Of a stretch of DNA of 64,000 nucleotides, positions 1 through 8,643 are shown in pieces (the stretch's first letter is position 1; every line of letters begins with the position of its first letter). The stretch lies in UHGV virus genome UHGV-1366171; one strand, 5' to 3'. Both the position numbers and the translations under genes were made by a program. Origin of the DNA: a virus. The notes under the pieces are model-generated. The model was not told the origin of the DNA, made no database searches, and was given only the letters and a program-made list of their open reading frames with translations.

Positions 1-1
1 A

Positions 2-1165
2 CCTAGTCCGAATCCTGATTATCCGCAGGAGATTAAGATTCCTGGGAGTGATGGGGAGATTGAGGTGAGTTTGATAGGGGTGAATCTATTTGATGCGAGC
101 AAACTACCAACTAAGTCGCAGGGCGGTGCAACTGTAACAAATAATGGTGATGGAAGTTTTACAATTAGTGGGAAAGGAACTCTTTCAAGCGAATTCAGGC
201 AAGCGTATGATTTAAACCATGAAGAAAGTGTTCGTTTATTAAAAAAAGGTTTCTTAAACTTGCGCGCTAATAAAACAGAACCTTATGTAAGCATTGTTAT
301 TTATTCTAATGAATCCAAAAAGGAGTTAAATACGACTATCAAAGAAGAAACTAGATTGGAGATATTAGAAAATGAAATAAAAGATGAAGCGTTTCATGTT
401 CAAATTCAATTTTATGGAAGAATTGGAAGAGAAATCATATCAGGAATAGTAAAGCCTATGCTCTATCAAGATGGGGATGGCACCTGGGAACCTTACAAAC
501 ACCAACCCCTTACTCTTTCTACTCCCAATGGTCTCCCCGGTATTCCCGTGGACTCCGGCGGAAATTACGCAGATGAAAGCGGCCAACAGTGGATGTGTGA
601 TGAGATAGACCCGGAGCGAGGAAAATATATCCAAAGAGTTATTAAAAAAGGAAATCCTGTTTTTGCTAAGAATGGTGATTATGCCGTAGAAGGAAGCGAA
701 TTGTATTTTTGTAGTATTCCAGAAATTTCAGAAACAAAAGAAACGTCTCTTTCTGGTGCAGGGATATCTACACATATGCAGTATACAAGTACTGTTCTTA
801 ATAGAAATGAAACTGGTTTTTATATTGGTTATGGCGGAATCTGGGCGAGAATAAAGGATGTTGGAGACCTTGATGCTTTTAACAAAAAACTTCAAGATGC
901 TGTGTTCTACTTTACATATAAAGGTATACCTGAGACAGAAACTGATTTGTTGGAAAAACAACTGGAAGCTTATCGCACTCTTCACACCAATTACCCAACC
1001 ACGAAAGTTTCCACAGATTCCACCCCGCAGGCAGGTTTAGAAATGGAATATGTAGCGGACACCAAGTCTTACATTGACAAAAAATTTAAAGAACTACAAA
1101 AAGCCCTAGTAAACACGAACACACAAGTATTAAACAAAGTTATGGAGGATATCAAACATGTATGA
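2..1165 (+). CDS. 5'-truncated phage tail fiber / receptor-binding-like protein; the frame is open from the window start
   Basis: Reading frame 2 has no stop from nt 2 to 1165; product is Gly/Thr/Ser-rich with beta-rich character. It sits immediately upstream of a coiled-coil protein and the endolysin, the usual place for distal tail genes. Function inferred mainly from position. Confidence 0.4.
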   Translation, partial: PSPNPDYPQEIKIPGSDGEIEVSLIGVNLFDASKLPTKSQGGATVTNNGDGSFTISGKGTLSSEFRQAYDLNHEESVRLLKKGFLNLRANKTEPYVSIVIYSNESKKELNTTIKEETRLEILENEIKDEAFHVQIQFYGRIGREIISGIVKPMLYQDGDGTWEPYKHQPLTLSTPNGLPGIPVDSGGNYADESGQQWMCDEIDPERGKYIQRVIKKGNPVFAKNGDYAVEGSELYFCSIPEISETKETSLSGAGISTHMQYTSTVLNRNETGFYIGYGGIWARIKDVGDLDAFNKKLQDAVFYFTYKGIPETETDLLEKQLEAYRTLHTNYPTTKVSTDSTPQAGLEMEYVADTKSYIDKKFKELQKALVNTNTQVLNKVMEDIKHV

Positions 1166-1670
1166 AATGATTAAAAGTATTATCATATCAGGAGATTTTA
1201 AAGTTGCTGACATCACAAATAAAATTGATGTACTCTGGGTCAGCGGGGACTTAACAGATGAACAGCGTACAGAACTGCACCAGATGATTACCTCCCATCT
1301 GAACCCAGGGACAGAAGCTCCGGAAGAGGCAGAACTCTACAAACGTCTGGAAGGCAGAGTGGCAAAACTAGAAGAAGAGGTGAAAAAGCTAAAAGAAGAA
1401 CCGGAACCAGAGCCGGGTGAGGTTACAGTGCCAGCATGGGAACCCTGGGACGGAATTGCGCAGGAGTGGTATAGCTACGGAGATGTCGTACAGCACAACG
1501 AAAAATATTGGATTGATACCTTAAAAGATATCATGAACACTTGGGAGCCCGGCACACTCGGAGTGGATGAACGATTTTGGAAAGAGATTACCAAAGAGCA
1601 AGCAGAAGGAATTTTAAAGGGTGAACTGGAAGCAGATGAGGTTATCGAACAGAAAGAACTTTTGATCTGA
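1158..1670 (+). CDS. Coiled-coil phage protein of unknown function (XkdX/tail-fibre-assembly-like position); not a holin, no TM segment
   Basis: 170 aa ORF overlapping the upstream stop (ATGTATGA); central EEEVKKLKEE coiled coil; no hydrophobic segment. Confidence 0.35.
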   Translation: MYEMIKSIIISGDFKVADITNKIDVLWVSGDLTDEQRTELHQMITSHLNPGTEAPEEAELYKRLEGRVAKLEEEVKKLKEEPEPEPGEVTVPAWEPWDGIAQEWYSYGDVVQHNEKYWIDTLKDIMNTWEPGTLGVDERFWKEITKEQAEGILKGELEADEVIEQKELLI

Positions 1671-1684
1671 CAGGAGGAAAAACG

Positions 1685-3544
1685 ATGGCAAAAATAACAG
1701 GAATTGATGTATCCGAATGGCAGAAGTCCATTGATTGGGCTGCTGTAAAGTCTCAGATTGATTTTGCGATCTTGCGAGAAGGATACCGCAAGGCGACGGA
1801 CAAATACTTTTTCCGGAACGTGGAGGGGTGCAAAAATAACCAGGTACCCATCCATGGCGTGTACCATTTCCTATACGCTTTAAATAACCAGGATGTGATC
1901 GCAGAGGCGGAAAGCTGTCTAGCTAACATCGAAAAGGCGGGGCTGCCGAAAACTATCTATGTATGGGCGGACTTTGAGTATGACACCGTCTCCAACGCAG
2001 CCAAAAAAGGAGTGAATCTTGGCCCCAATGAGTGCAATCTGTTTACCCAGACATTTTGCGATTTCTTCAAAAAAAGAGGTTACAACACTGGTATTTACAC
2101 TAATGGGGACTACTATACAAACTGGTATCGCCAAGATGTCCTGAACAAGTACCCGTTGTGGCTGGCAGATTACACGGGCGAGCCAGATTATCCTTGTCTC
2201 TATCAACAGTACACGAGAAGCGGGAGGATTGCAGGAATCCAAGGCAACGTGGACATGAACTATTATTACGGCGAAAAGGAGGAAACGAACGTGGCGGAAG
2301 ACTTGTGGAGTAAAACAGCGGAATTGATGGCGGCGGAGTCTGGATATCTGGAAAAAGCATCGGAAAGTAATTTAGACAGCAAGACCGGCAACGCTGGCTA
2401 TGGGAATTATACCAAGTATGCCCGGGATGTAAATGCCTGGGGACAGCCTGGATGCCAGGGGCAGCCGTGGTGCGCCGTGTACCAGTTCTGGATTTGTGTA
2501 AAAATCTTTGGTCTGTCCAGGGCTTTAGAGATTATGGGAGGCGGTTTCTACAACTGCAACAGTATCAAAAACCATGCAAAATCCAAAAGAACCTGGCATA
2601 GCGAGCCAAAGCTTGGAGCACTGGTAATCTTCCGTAACGGAGCCCACATCGGCAGGGTGACGAAAGTTACTTCCACTCAAATTTACACCAACGAAGGGAA
2701 TACCTCAAAAGGTGGGTTGAATAACGTAGAGGCAAACGGAGGCTGTGTGGCCGACAAAGTCTACACCCGGAATTATTCGGGGATTGATGGCTATGTATGG
2801 ATTGATTATATTGTAACATCTGGCAGCTCCGAAACACCGACTAAGGATTTCCTATGCGAAGGAGACCAGGGAGAGGCGGTGAGAGTCTACCAAAAGAATC
2901 TGATCTCGATTGGTTATGATTGCGGAAAGAACGGAGCGGATGGGGACTTCGGTCCAGCTACCAAGGAAGCAACCCAGGAGTTTCAGGGCGACTATGGCCT
3001 GGTACAGGACGGAAATGCGGGACCTGCAACGCAAGCGAAGCTGGATGCAGAGATAAAGAAGATAGGACAGACACAAAAAGGGTTTGCCAGATTTGTAGGC
3101 GAAGTACAGAATACTTGTGTGGTCCATGAGGCTGCCAAGAAAGCCTCTCCTGCGATTATGGGATATCCGAAATTGTCCAAAGGAAACCTGGTGGATGTCT
3201 TAGGCCGTTATGGTTATCAAAGCGGCTGGTACAAGGTCTGCGTTGCGGATGAGCATATCGGTTATGTCTGGGCGGACAGCGTCAAGCCCGTGGATGCAGA
3301 GAGCTATAAAGATAACCTCACAGAGCAGGGCTTTGTTCGGTTTGTGGGCGAGGTGCAGAAGACCTGTGTGGTTCACCTGAAGCCGAAGAAGGCCTCGGAT
3401 GCGATTACTGGGTGGCCGAAGCTTGTCAAAGGAAATCGTGTGGATATCCTGGGCCGGGATGGTTATGAGGACAACTGGTACAAGGTCTGTGTGGCCGATC
3501 AGTACATAGGGTATGCTTGGGCTGATAGCATTAAAAGGGTGTAG
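1685..3544 (+). CDS. Multidomain endolysin: GH25 muramidase + CHAP peptidase + PG_binding_1 + two SH3b-like repeats
   Basis: N-terminus ITGIDVSEWQKSIDWAAV...YHFLY is the GH25 signature. The middle has GQPWCAVYQFW ... GAHIGRVTKV (CHAP Cys/His). GDQGEAVRVYQKNLISIGYDCG...DGDFGPATKEATQEFQ is a PG-binding domain. Two repeated GF(A/V)RFVGEVQ(N/K)TCVVH...GWPKL(S/V)KGN...WYKVCVAD...GY(V/A)WADS(V/I)K modules are SH3b-like. Strong RBS AGGAGGAAAAACG before the ATG. Confidence 0.85.
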   Translation: MAKITGIDVSEWQKSIDWAAVKSQIDFAILREGYRKATDKYFFRNVEGCKNNQVPIHGVYHFLYALNNQDVIAEAESCLANIEKAGLPKTIYVWADFEYDTVSNAAKKGVNLGPNECNLFTQTFCDFFKKRGYNTGIYTNGDYYTNWYRQDVLNKYPLWLADYTGEPDYPCLYQQYTRSGRIAGIQGNVDMNYYYGEKEETNVAEDLWSKTAELMAAESGYLEKASESNLDSKTGNAGYGNYTKYARDVNAWGQPGCQGQPWCAVYQFWICVKIFGLSRALEIMGGGFYNCNSIKNHAKSKRTWHSEPKLGALVIFRNGAHIGRVTKVTSTQIYTNEGNTSKGGLNNVEANGGCVADKVYTRNYSGIDGYVWIDYIVTSGSSETPTKDFLCEGDQGEAVRVYQKNLISIGYDCGKNGADGDFGPATKEATQEFQGDYGLVQDGNAGPATQAKLDAEIKKIGQTQKGFARFVGEVQNTCVVHEAAKKASPAIMGYPKLSKGNLVDVLGRYGYQSGWYKVCVADEHIGYVWADSVKPVDAESYKDNLTEQGFVRFVGEVQKTCVVHLKPKKASDAITGWPKLVKGNRVDILGRDGYEDNWYKVCVADQYIGYAWADSIKRV

Positions 3545-3700
3545 ATGATAGTCGATATATGTCGATATTTTTTTATGAATATAATGCCAAAATATGGTAA
3601 AATAAGAATGTGTCGTTACGGACGTATTTTTTGAGGACTGTACCGACGTTTAAACATTGCCAAAGAGCTGCGTCGGATTTAAGTCACATAATCACACAAG

Positions 3701-3730
3701 CCCCTGTTTTTATAGGGGCTTTGAATCTTA
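3701..3730. terminator. Bidirectional intrinsic terminator (AGCCCCT-loop-AGGGGCT)
   Basis: Perfect 7-bp GC-rich inverted repeat flanked by A/T runs between the endolysin and the repressor. Confidence 0.5.
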
Positions 3731-3786
3731 ATAATTTTTTGTTACAATATAGATGCTTTCGTTTTTTTTCAGCTTTTATACGAAAA

Positions 3787-3823
3787 CCGCCCCTCATAAA
3801 TTTAAGGGGGCGGTTTTTATAAT
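3787..3823. terminator. Bidirectional intrinsic terminator (CCGCCCCT-loop-GGGGGCGG + TTTTT)
   Basis: 8-bp GC stem with an A-run upstream and T-run downstream; sits between the convergent endolysin (+) and repressor (-). Confidence 0.65.
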
Positions 3824-3850
3824 CAAATAAACTAGAATTTTAAGTTAAAA

Positions 3851-4514
3851 TCACTTCACATCGCTTTGAAAAGCAACTGCTTTACCCAAAATATAGACAT
3901 TTTTTTGACATTCTTTTGTGAATACCATGGGTGCATATATTGGGTTTTCAGAGATCAGCGTAACAGTTTGAGTAATTTCATCTCTATAGAATCGTTTTAA
4001 AGTTGCCTCATCATCAATAGCAACGGCGGCAATTTCTCCGTTTTCCACTTCTGGCTGGCTTCTAATGAATACAATATCTCCATCCATAATTCTGGCATTG
4101 ACCATGGAATCCCCCTTTGCTTTTAAGCAAAAGTCGGCTTTCACGTTAGAGCCGATCATGGTATAATTATCTCTATTTTCGTCCATAAATATAGGTTTTC
4201 CACAGGCTATTTCTCCGAGCATCGGAAGTTTGTGAGTGGTGATCGGGAAGATATTGGAAATGTGTAGTGAATCATCTTTGTTTTTATCTTCCAACAAGTC
4301 TGATTTCAATACTCCGAAGTAATCTGCCAACGCCTGTACTTTTCCCATTTTTGGCATTACCTTTCCCACACACCATGTATTAAAAGTAGTCGGTGGAAAT
4401 CCTAAATCTTTTGCGACTTCATTCTGCTGTTTGTTACTTTTACTTATATAGAAATTTAGATTCTTTGCGAATATTCTTTTTTGTAAGTTATCATTCGGTG
4501 CGCTTTTTTTCATA
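3851..4514 (-). CDS. cI-like phage repressor (XRE HTH + S24 LexA-like peptidase domain)
   Basis: N-terminal HTH (IFAKNLNFYISKSNKQQNEVAKDLGFPPTTFNTW) and C-terminal S24 signature (KAKGDSMVNARIMDGDIVFIRSQ...GEIAAVAIDDEATLKRF). Start chosen at ATGAAAAAAAGC with RBS AAGGACGG; a longer ORF in the track extends to 4576. Confidence 0.85.
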
Positions 4515-4554
4515 AAAACCGTCCTTTCTTTCATTTTCGATATGGATATAATAT

Positions 4555-4640
4555 CATAAAATCCGAAATAATTCAATTAAAATCCGAAAAAATTAAATTT
4601 TATATTGACAATCCGAAAATATAGGATTATACTGTATCCA
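4555..4640. promoter_or_regulatory. Lysogeny-switch intergenic region: three AATCCGAAA operator repeats overlapping a sigma70-like promoter for cro (TTGACA-17 bp-TATACT) and a probable divergent repressor promoter
   Basis: ATCCGAAA at 4561-4568, 4582-4589 and 4611-4618. -35 TTGACA at 4605-4610 and -10 TATACT at 4628-4633 with an exact 17-bp spacer. RBS AAAGGAGGT precedes the cro ATG at 4658. Confidence 0.6.
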
Positions 4641-4657
4641 CAGAAAGGAGGTACAGT

Positions 4658-4873
4658 ATGTTGAATAACACAATTCCGAGAATTTGCATAGCTGCATGTA
4701 GAGTAAATGCAGGTCTTAGCCAGAGAGAATTTGCTGAGAAAATAGGAGTTTCGCTTGCGACAATTACAAATTGGGAAAGTGGTAAAACTGAGCCTGATTT
4801 AAGTGAGTTACGAGCAATCAGCAATCTTTCAGGTATCCCTATGGACTTTATTTTTGTGCAAAGAGAATCCTAA
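4658..4873 (+). CDS. Cro-like XRE-family HTH regulator
   Basis: 71 aa; LSQREFAEKIGVSLATITNWESGKTEPDLSEL is a canonical HTH_XRE; divergent from the S24 repressor. Confidence 0.75.
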   Translation: MLNNTIPRICIAACRVNAGLSQREFAEKIGVSLATITNWESGKTEPDLSELRAISNLSGIPMDFIFVQRES

Positions 4874-4900
4874 AAAATAGGATTAAAAGGAGAAGAACTA

Positions 4901-5263
4901 TTGCAATACCAAAAAGAAATAGCAGAGAAGTATTCAAAAGAAGAAATCTGCGAAATGCTTGACAACGTAAATGGATGGAGATGGGATGACAGGTTGGGAG
5001 AAAAGCCTTGTGAGGATTTTGATGACTTGCCAAGGTACAACATTCATTGGTGGCATAAGCTGATGAAAAGAAGAACAAAGAAACAGTATTTGCAACAAGT
5101 CCAATGGAATTTGCAGTCTTGTCTAACGGCAAAAGAATATTACCATCACCTCCACACTAAAAATCTCGGTTGCAGCGAAGAAAAATTTGAAGCATGGTGG
5201 AGAAGATGCCATATGGACGAAAAATTCTTAGGCTGCTACAAAGAGAGCAATGATGGCAACTAG
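4901..5263 (+). CDS. Hypothetical protein (TTG start), Trp/His-rich
   Basis: 120 aa ORF, RBS AAAGGAG 8 nt upstream of TTG. Confidence 0.35.
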   Translation: MQYQKEIAEKYSKEEICEMLDNVNGWRWDDRLGEKPCEDFDDLPRYNIHWWHKLMKRRTKKQYLQQVQWNLQSCLTAKEYYHHLHTKNLGCSEEKFEAWWRRCHMDEKFLGCYKESNDGN

Positions 5264-5557
5264 GGTAGTAATACAGTATGGTATCAAGAACTGCCAGAAC
5301 TTTTCTTGCTTATCATCTACATAACCTTGCCCGTTAAGGTTGATTTCGTATCCGTCATATATATCGGAATTAAAATCCCCTTTCACGCCAGACGAATGCG
5401 GCTGGATATAGCCAAGAGTACATAAATGTTGCGTGTATTCATTGATCTCATGTTCAAAGTTGGTATTTGTTTTAAGAACACCGTTGATTTCAGAATAGGT
5501 TAAAAAAGGAACTTTGGATAATTTTTTAAGTAGCTTATAAGATTTTTTATCTAACAT
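5228..5557 (-). CDS. Hypothetical protein with C-terminal transmembrane segment
   Basis: 109 aa; ends in the hydrophobic stretch FLIPYCITTLVAIIALFVAA; the only convincing minus-strand ORF in this block. Confidence 0.35.
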   Translation of the reverse strand: MLDKKSYKLLKKLSKVPFLTYSEINGVLKTNTNFEHEINEYTQHLCTLGYIQPHSSGVKGDFNSDIYDGYEINLNGQGYVDDKQEKFWQFLIPYCITTLVAIIALFVAA

Positions 5558-6059
5558 GGAAAATACCTCCTATGAGGTGATTATATCAGAAAGAGGTGAG
5601 AAAGTGAATGAGTTACAGATTTTAAATATTGGTGGCGTTGAGTGCTATGAGAAAGATGGAACGGCTTATTTAAAGCTGGAGGCGGTAGCAAGGGGGCTTG
5701 GATTTACTTTTATTGCTAAAAGCGGTAACGAGGTTGTTCGATGGAATGTGGTTCATGGATATTTGAAAGATTTGGGCGTTGCAACTTCCCGCAACGGCTC
5801 TTGTTATCAGGAAGATTGCCCCGAATTTATTCCAGAAAACATATTCTACCGCCTTGCAATGAAAGCTAAAAATGAAGTTTCGGAGAAATTCCAAGCTAAG
5901 GTCGCTGATGAAATTATCCCATCAATACGGAAGACCGGCGGTTATCAGATACAGAATATGTCAAAGGAATTGAAGGCCATCCTGATGCTAGACCAGAAAC
6001 AGGTAGAAGCAGACGAGAGGCTTACAAAATTGGAAAACGCCATGAAAGAAGTTATTTAG
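5556..6059 (+). CDS. Phage antirepressor, KilAC-domain protein
   Basis: C-terminal ...KVADEIIPSIRKTGGY is characteristic of the KilA-C/antirepressor domain; located just downstream of the switch. Confidence 0.55.
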   Translation: MENTSYEVIISERGEKVNELQILNIGGVECYEKDGTAYLKLEAVARGLGFTFIAKSGNEVVRWNVVHGYLKDLGVATSRNGSCYQEDCPEFIPENIFYRLAMKAKNEVSEKFQAKVADEIIPSIRKTGGYQIQNMSKELKAILMLDQKQVEADERLTKLENAMKEVI

Positions 6060-6178
6060 AACCATGTGCCACAAGGCAAAGAACTTTTGGCTCTAGCAGT
6101 TCTGGAGGTTCAAAAGACTATTCAGGAGTTACTCAAGAGAAAAGAGATTATTAAATTAAGGAAGAAAGGGGAAAGAGA

Positions 6179-6889
6179 ATGGGAGAGTTACAGAAAATTG
6201 GAAATCATGAGATTTCAGTAAAAACATACAAGGGGAAAAGGGTTGTCACATTTAAAGATATTGATACGGTCCATGAAAGACCAGATGGAACAGCGAATAA
6301 AAGATTCCTCGATAACAAAAAACGTTTCATAAAAGGAGAGGATTATTTTATTGTAAGCAATTCCGAAATTCGGAAAAGCCACATAATAGCTATATCCGAC
6401 AGCGATTTTATGGACAAGGTGTTCATAACTGAATCAGGTTATCTTATGCTTGTCAAGTCCTTCACCGATGATTTGGCGTGGACGGTTCAAAGGCAGCTTG
6501 TCGATTCGTATTTCAGGGTGAATAGGAGAATGACACCGGAGGAAATGATGAGGGTTCAGCTTGGAATGTTAGACGGGCATGAAGAAAGAATTTCCAGATT
6601 GGAAAACACCATGAATATTGATTATGGACAACAAAGGGTTCTCGAAAAGGAAGTCGCAGCAGTTGTTATTGAATCACTTGGAGGTAAGGACAGTACTGCA
6701 TACCACGAAATCAGCAAGAAAGTATTTTCTGAATGCAATCGGGACGTGAAAGATTACTTCCATGTCAATTCTAGGAATAACATTCCTCGATTACGATTTG
6801 ATGATGCGGTTGACTACATACGGAATTGGACACCATGCAGCAATACGAGAATGGCAATTAAGGAATGTAATGCGAAAATTAATATATAA
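6179..6889 (+). CDS. ORF6N-domain phage protein (antirepressor-like)
   Basis: N-terminus ISVKTYKGKRVVTFKDIDTVHERPDGTANKRFLDNKKRFIKGEDYFIV matches the ORF6N domain pattern. Confidence 0.55.
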   Translation: MGELQKIGNHEISVKTYKGKRVVTFKDIDTVHERPDGTANKRFLDNKKRFIKGEDYFIVSNSEIRKSHIIAISDSDFMDKVFITESGYLMLVKSFTDDLAWTVQRQLVDSYFRVNRRMTPEEMMRVQLGMLDGHEERISRLENTMNIDYGQQRVLEKEVAAVVIESLGGKDSTAYHEISKKVFSECNRDVKDYFHVNSRNNIPRLRFDDAVDYIRNWTPCSNTRMAIKECNAKINI

Positions 6890-7018
6890 AGATGGGGCTA
6901 CCTGTCTAGACCACAGATAACCCCGTGACTACAGTAAACAGCGCTTACCATAGTCAAGAGTATATTACCATAGTCCTCTTGATTTTGGCAAGAACAAATT
7001 CAAGGAGGATATTTTTTA

Positions 7019-7233
7019 TGAAGAAAAAAGAAAATCATTCCATTAATACATGGAAACAGTGGGAAGAAAAATATGTGAAAGATCGAAAGCTGACCACAGA
7101 AACACTTGCGGATGCCGGACGTCTTATTAGAACTAAGAACTTTATTATTACGTGTCTAACTATAGCCATAGTCTTTATGGCCCTGACTATTGGACTCTTA
7201 AATAAAGCGGAAAAGAAAATGGAGGAATGGTAA
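7019..7233 (+). CDS. Small membrane protein (hypothetical)
   Basis: MKKKENHS... with TM segment FIITCLTIAIVFMALTIGLL; RBS AGGAGGA upstream of the internal ATG (the track ORF starts at 6925). Confidence 0.3.
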
Positions 7234-7511
7234 AAATGATTGAAGTAGTAAAAGTATTAAGCGTTAAAGAAAAATGCGAAATCATGTGCCACATCGAAAG
7301 AAAAGTAAAAAGTATATCTGGTATTGCCGATTCTACCGAAGAAGAAAAGGTATATGAAGATGTATACAATATGGCCATGCGCGAATCAGGAGCTTTTGGA
7401 CTTGAATATGCAAGACCGGAATTTTTATACGCTATCCATGAAGCAATAGATACATATGCGCTTCCAGCATGGTTGAAAAATAATGAACAAAGGAGAAAAG
7501 AATATGCCTAA
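7227..7511 (+). CDS. Hypothetical protein
   Basis: 94 aa ORF, RBS GGAGGAATGG upstream. Confidence 0.35.
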   Translation: MVKMIEVVKVLSVKEKCEIMCHIERKVKSISGIADSTEEEKVYEDVYNMAMRESGAFGLEYARPEFLYAIHEAIDTYALPAWLKNNEQRRKEYA

Positions 7512-7677
7512 AACAATAGCACAGTTAGCAATTATGAATTGGATTGAAAATCATTTTGGAATCTGCAACCTCGATATCAAATTTACAGATTCCAGAGAAG
7601 CTTTTGTAACAGATAGCAACGGAGATACCTTAATACTTAAATATGATAGCGACACTAGGAATGTATATGCAATCTGA
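7483..7677 (+). CDS. Hypothetical protein
   Basis: 64 aa ORF overlapping the upstream gene end; AGGAGAAAAG RBS. Confidence 0.3.
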   Translation: MNKGEKNMPKTIAQLAIMNWIENHFGICNLDIKFTDSREAFVTDSNGDTLILKYDSDTRNVYAI

Positions 7678-7847
7678 AATAAAAGTTTCTTCCTATTATA
7701 TAGCAGAAAATATAAAAGCGGGGATACCGATGTGACAGATCAGTAACCCCGGCCACAGTAAGATGGACTTACTATAATCATAAATATTGTAGTTTATCTT
7801 TCGGTTTTTAGCAAGAGAAACTTAATTGACAAAAAGGAAACTGGAAA

Positions 7848-8036
7848 ATGAAATTTATATACTTTCTTGTGATGTTATCACAAATAGGAATTTGGGTAAT
7901 GATCTTTATAACTTTGTGGGTATTTACACAATTAGACATTGTTGATATAGCTCTCATTAATATTGCGATATCAAGTGTGTTTGGAGTAATGGCATTAATC
8001 AAAATTGACAAAAGTGGAGAGAAAAATGGAAATTAA
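7848..8036 (+). CDS. Small two-TM membrane protein (hypothetical)
   Basis: 62 aa, two hydrophobic helices. Confidence 0.3.
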   Translation: MKFIYFLVMLSQIGIWVMIFITLWVFTQLDIVDIALINIAISSVFGVMALIKIDKSGEKNGN

Positions 8037-8643
8037 CAAAGTAATCGTTGCAGGAAAATTGCAAAAAGAATTTGAATACGATCATACAGCTTATGGGGAA
8101 AGATTCTACAAAAATGTCATTTTAACCAGGAGAAAAAGCGGAATATATGATGAAGTCCCCATATTAATAACAGAAAAATTAGTTAACGCAAAGGAAGACT
8201 ACCAAAATGCATCCGCACTAATATATGGAGATTTACGTTCTTATAACTTACTCGATACAAAAGGAAAACATTTAATTGTAAAAGCATTTGTAAAAGAGCT
8301 ATGCCTTTCAGAAAAGGATATCCAAGAAAACGAAGTGATTATAACTGGATATATAGGTAAAAAACCAGTATATCGTGAAACACCGAAAGGAAAATTCATT
8401 ACAGATATTTTCCTTATTGTTCCGAGAACCGAAAAAAGAACATCTTGTATTCCTTGCATTTGCTGGGGAGATACTGCTCACTGTGCGAGTATGCTGGGAG
8501 TCGGAAGTAAGTTACGTGTTTATGGAAGAATTCAAAGCAGGCAGTATGTAAAAAAAATCCCTGATGAAAACATGAAAGTTATGACAACCTATGAAGTTTC
8601 AATTAGAAAAATGGAGGCAATCAATGAAAACAGTAATTCTTAA
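8026..8643 (+). CDS. Tandem-OB-fold SSB-like protein (two degenerate SSB repeats)
   Basis: Both halves follow the SSB pattern seen in the canonical SSB at 23082. First half: INKVIVAGKLQKEFEY...ERFYKNVILTRRKSG...DEVPILITEKL. Second half: NEVIITGYIGKKPVYRETPKGKFITDIFL...IPCICWGDTAHCASMLGVGSKLRVYGRIQSRQY. Start taken at ATGGAAATT with RBS GGAGAG. Confidence 0.5.
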   Translation: MEINKVIVAGKLQKEFEYDHTAYGERFYKNVILTRRKSGIYDEVPILITEKLVNAKEDYQNASALIYGDLRSYNLLDTKGKHLIVKAFVKELCLSEKDIQENEVIITGYIGKKPVYRETPKGKFITDIFLIVPRTEKRTSCIPCICWGDTAHCASMLGVGSKLRVYGRIQSRQYVKKIPDENMKVMTTYEVSIRKMEAINENSNS

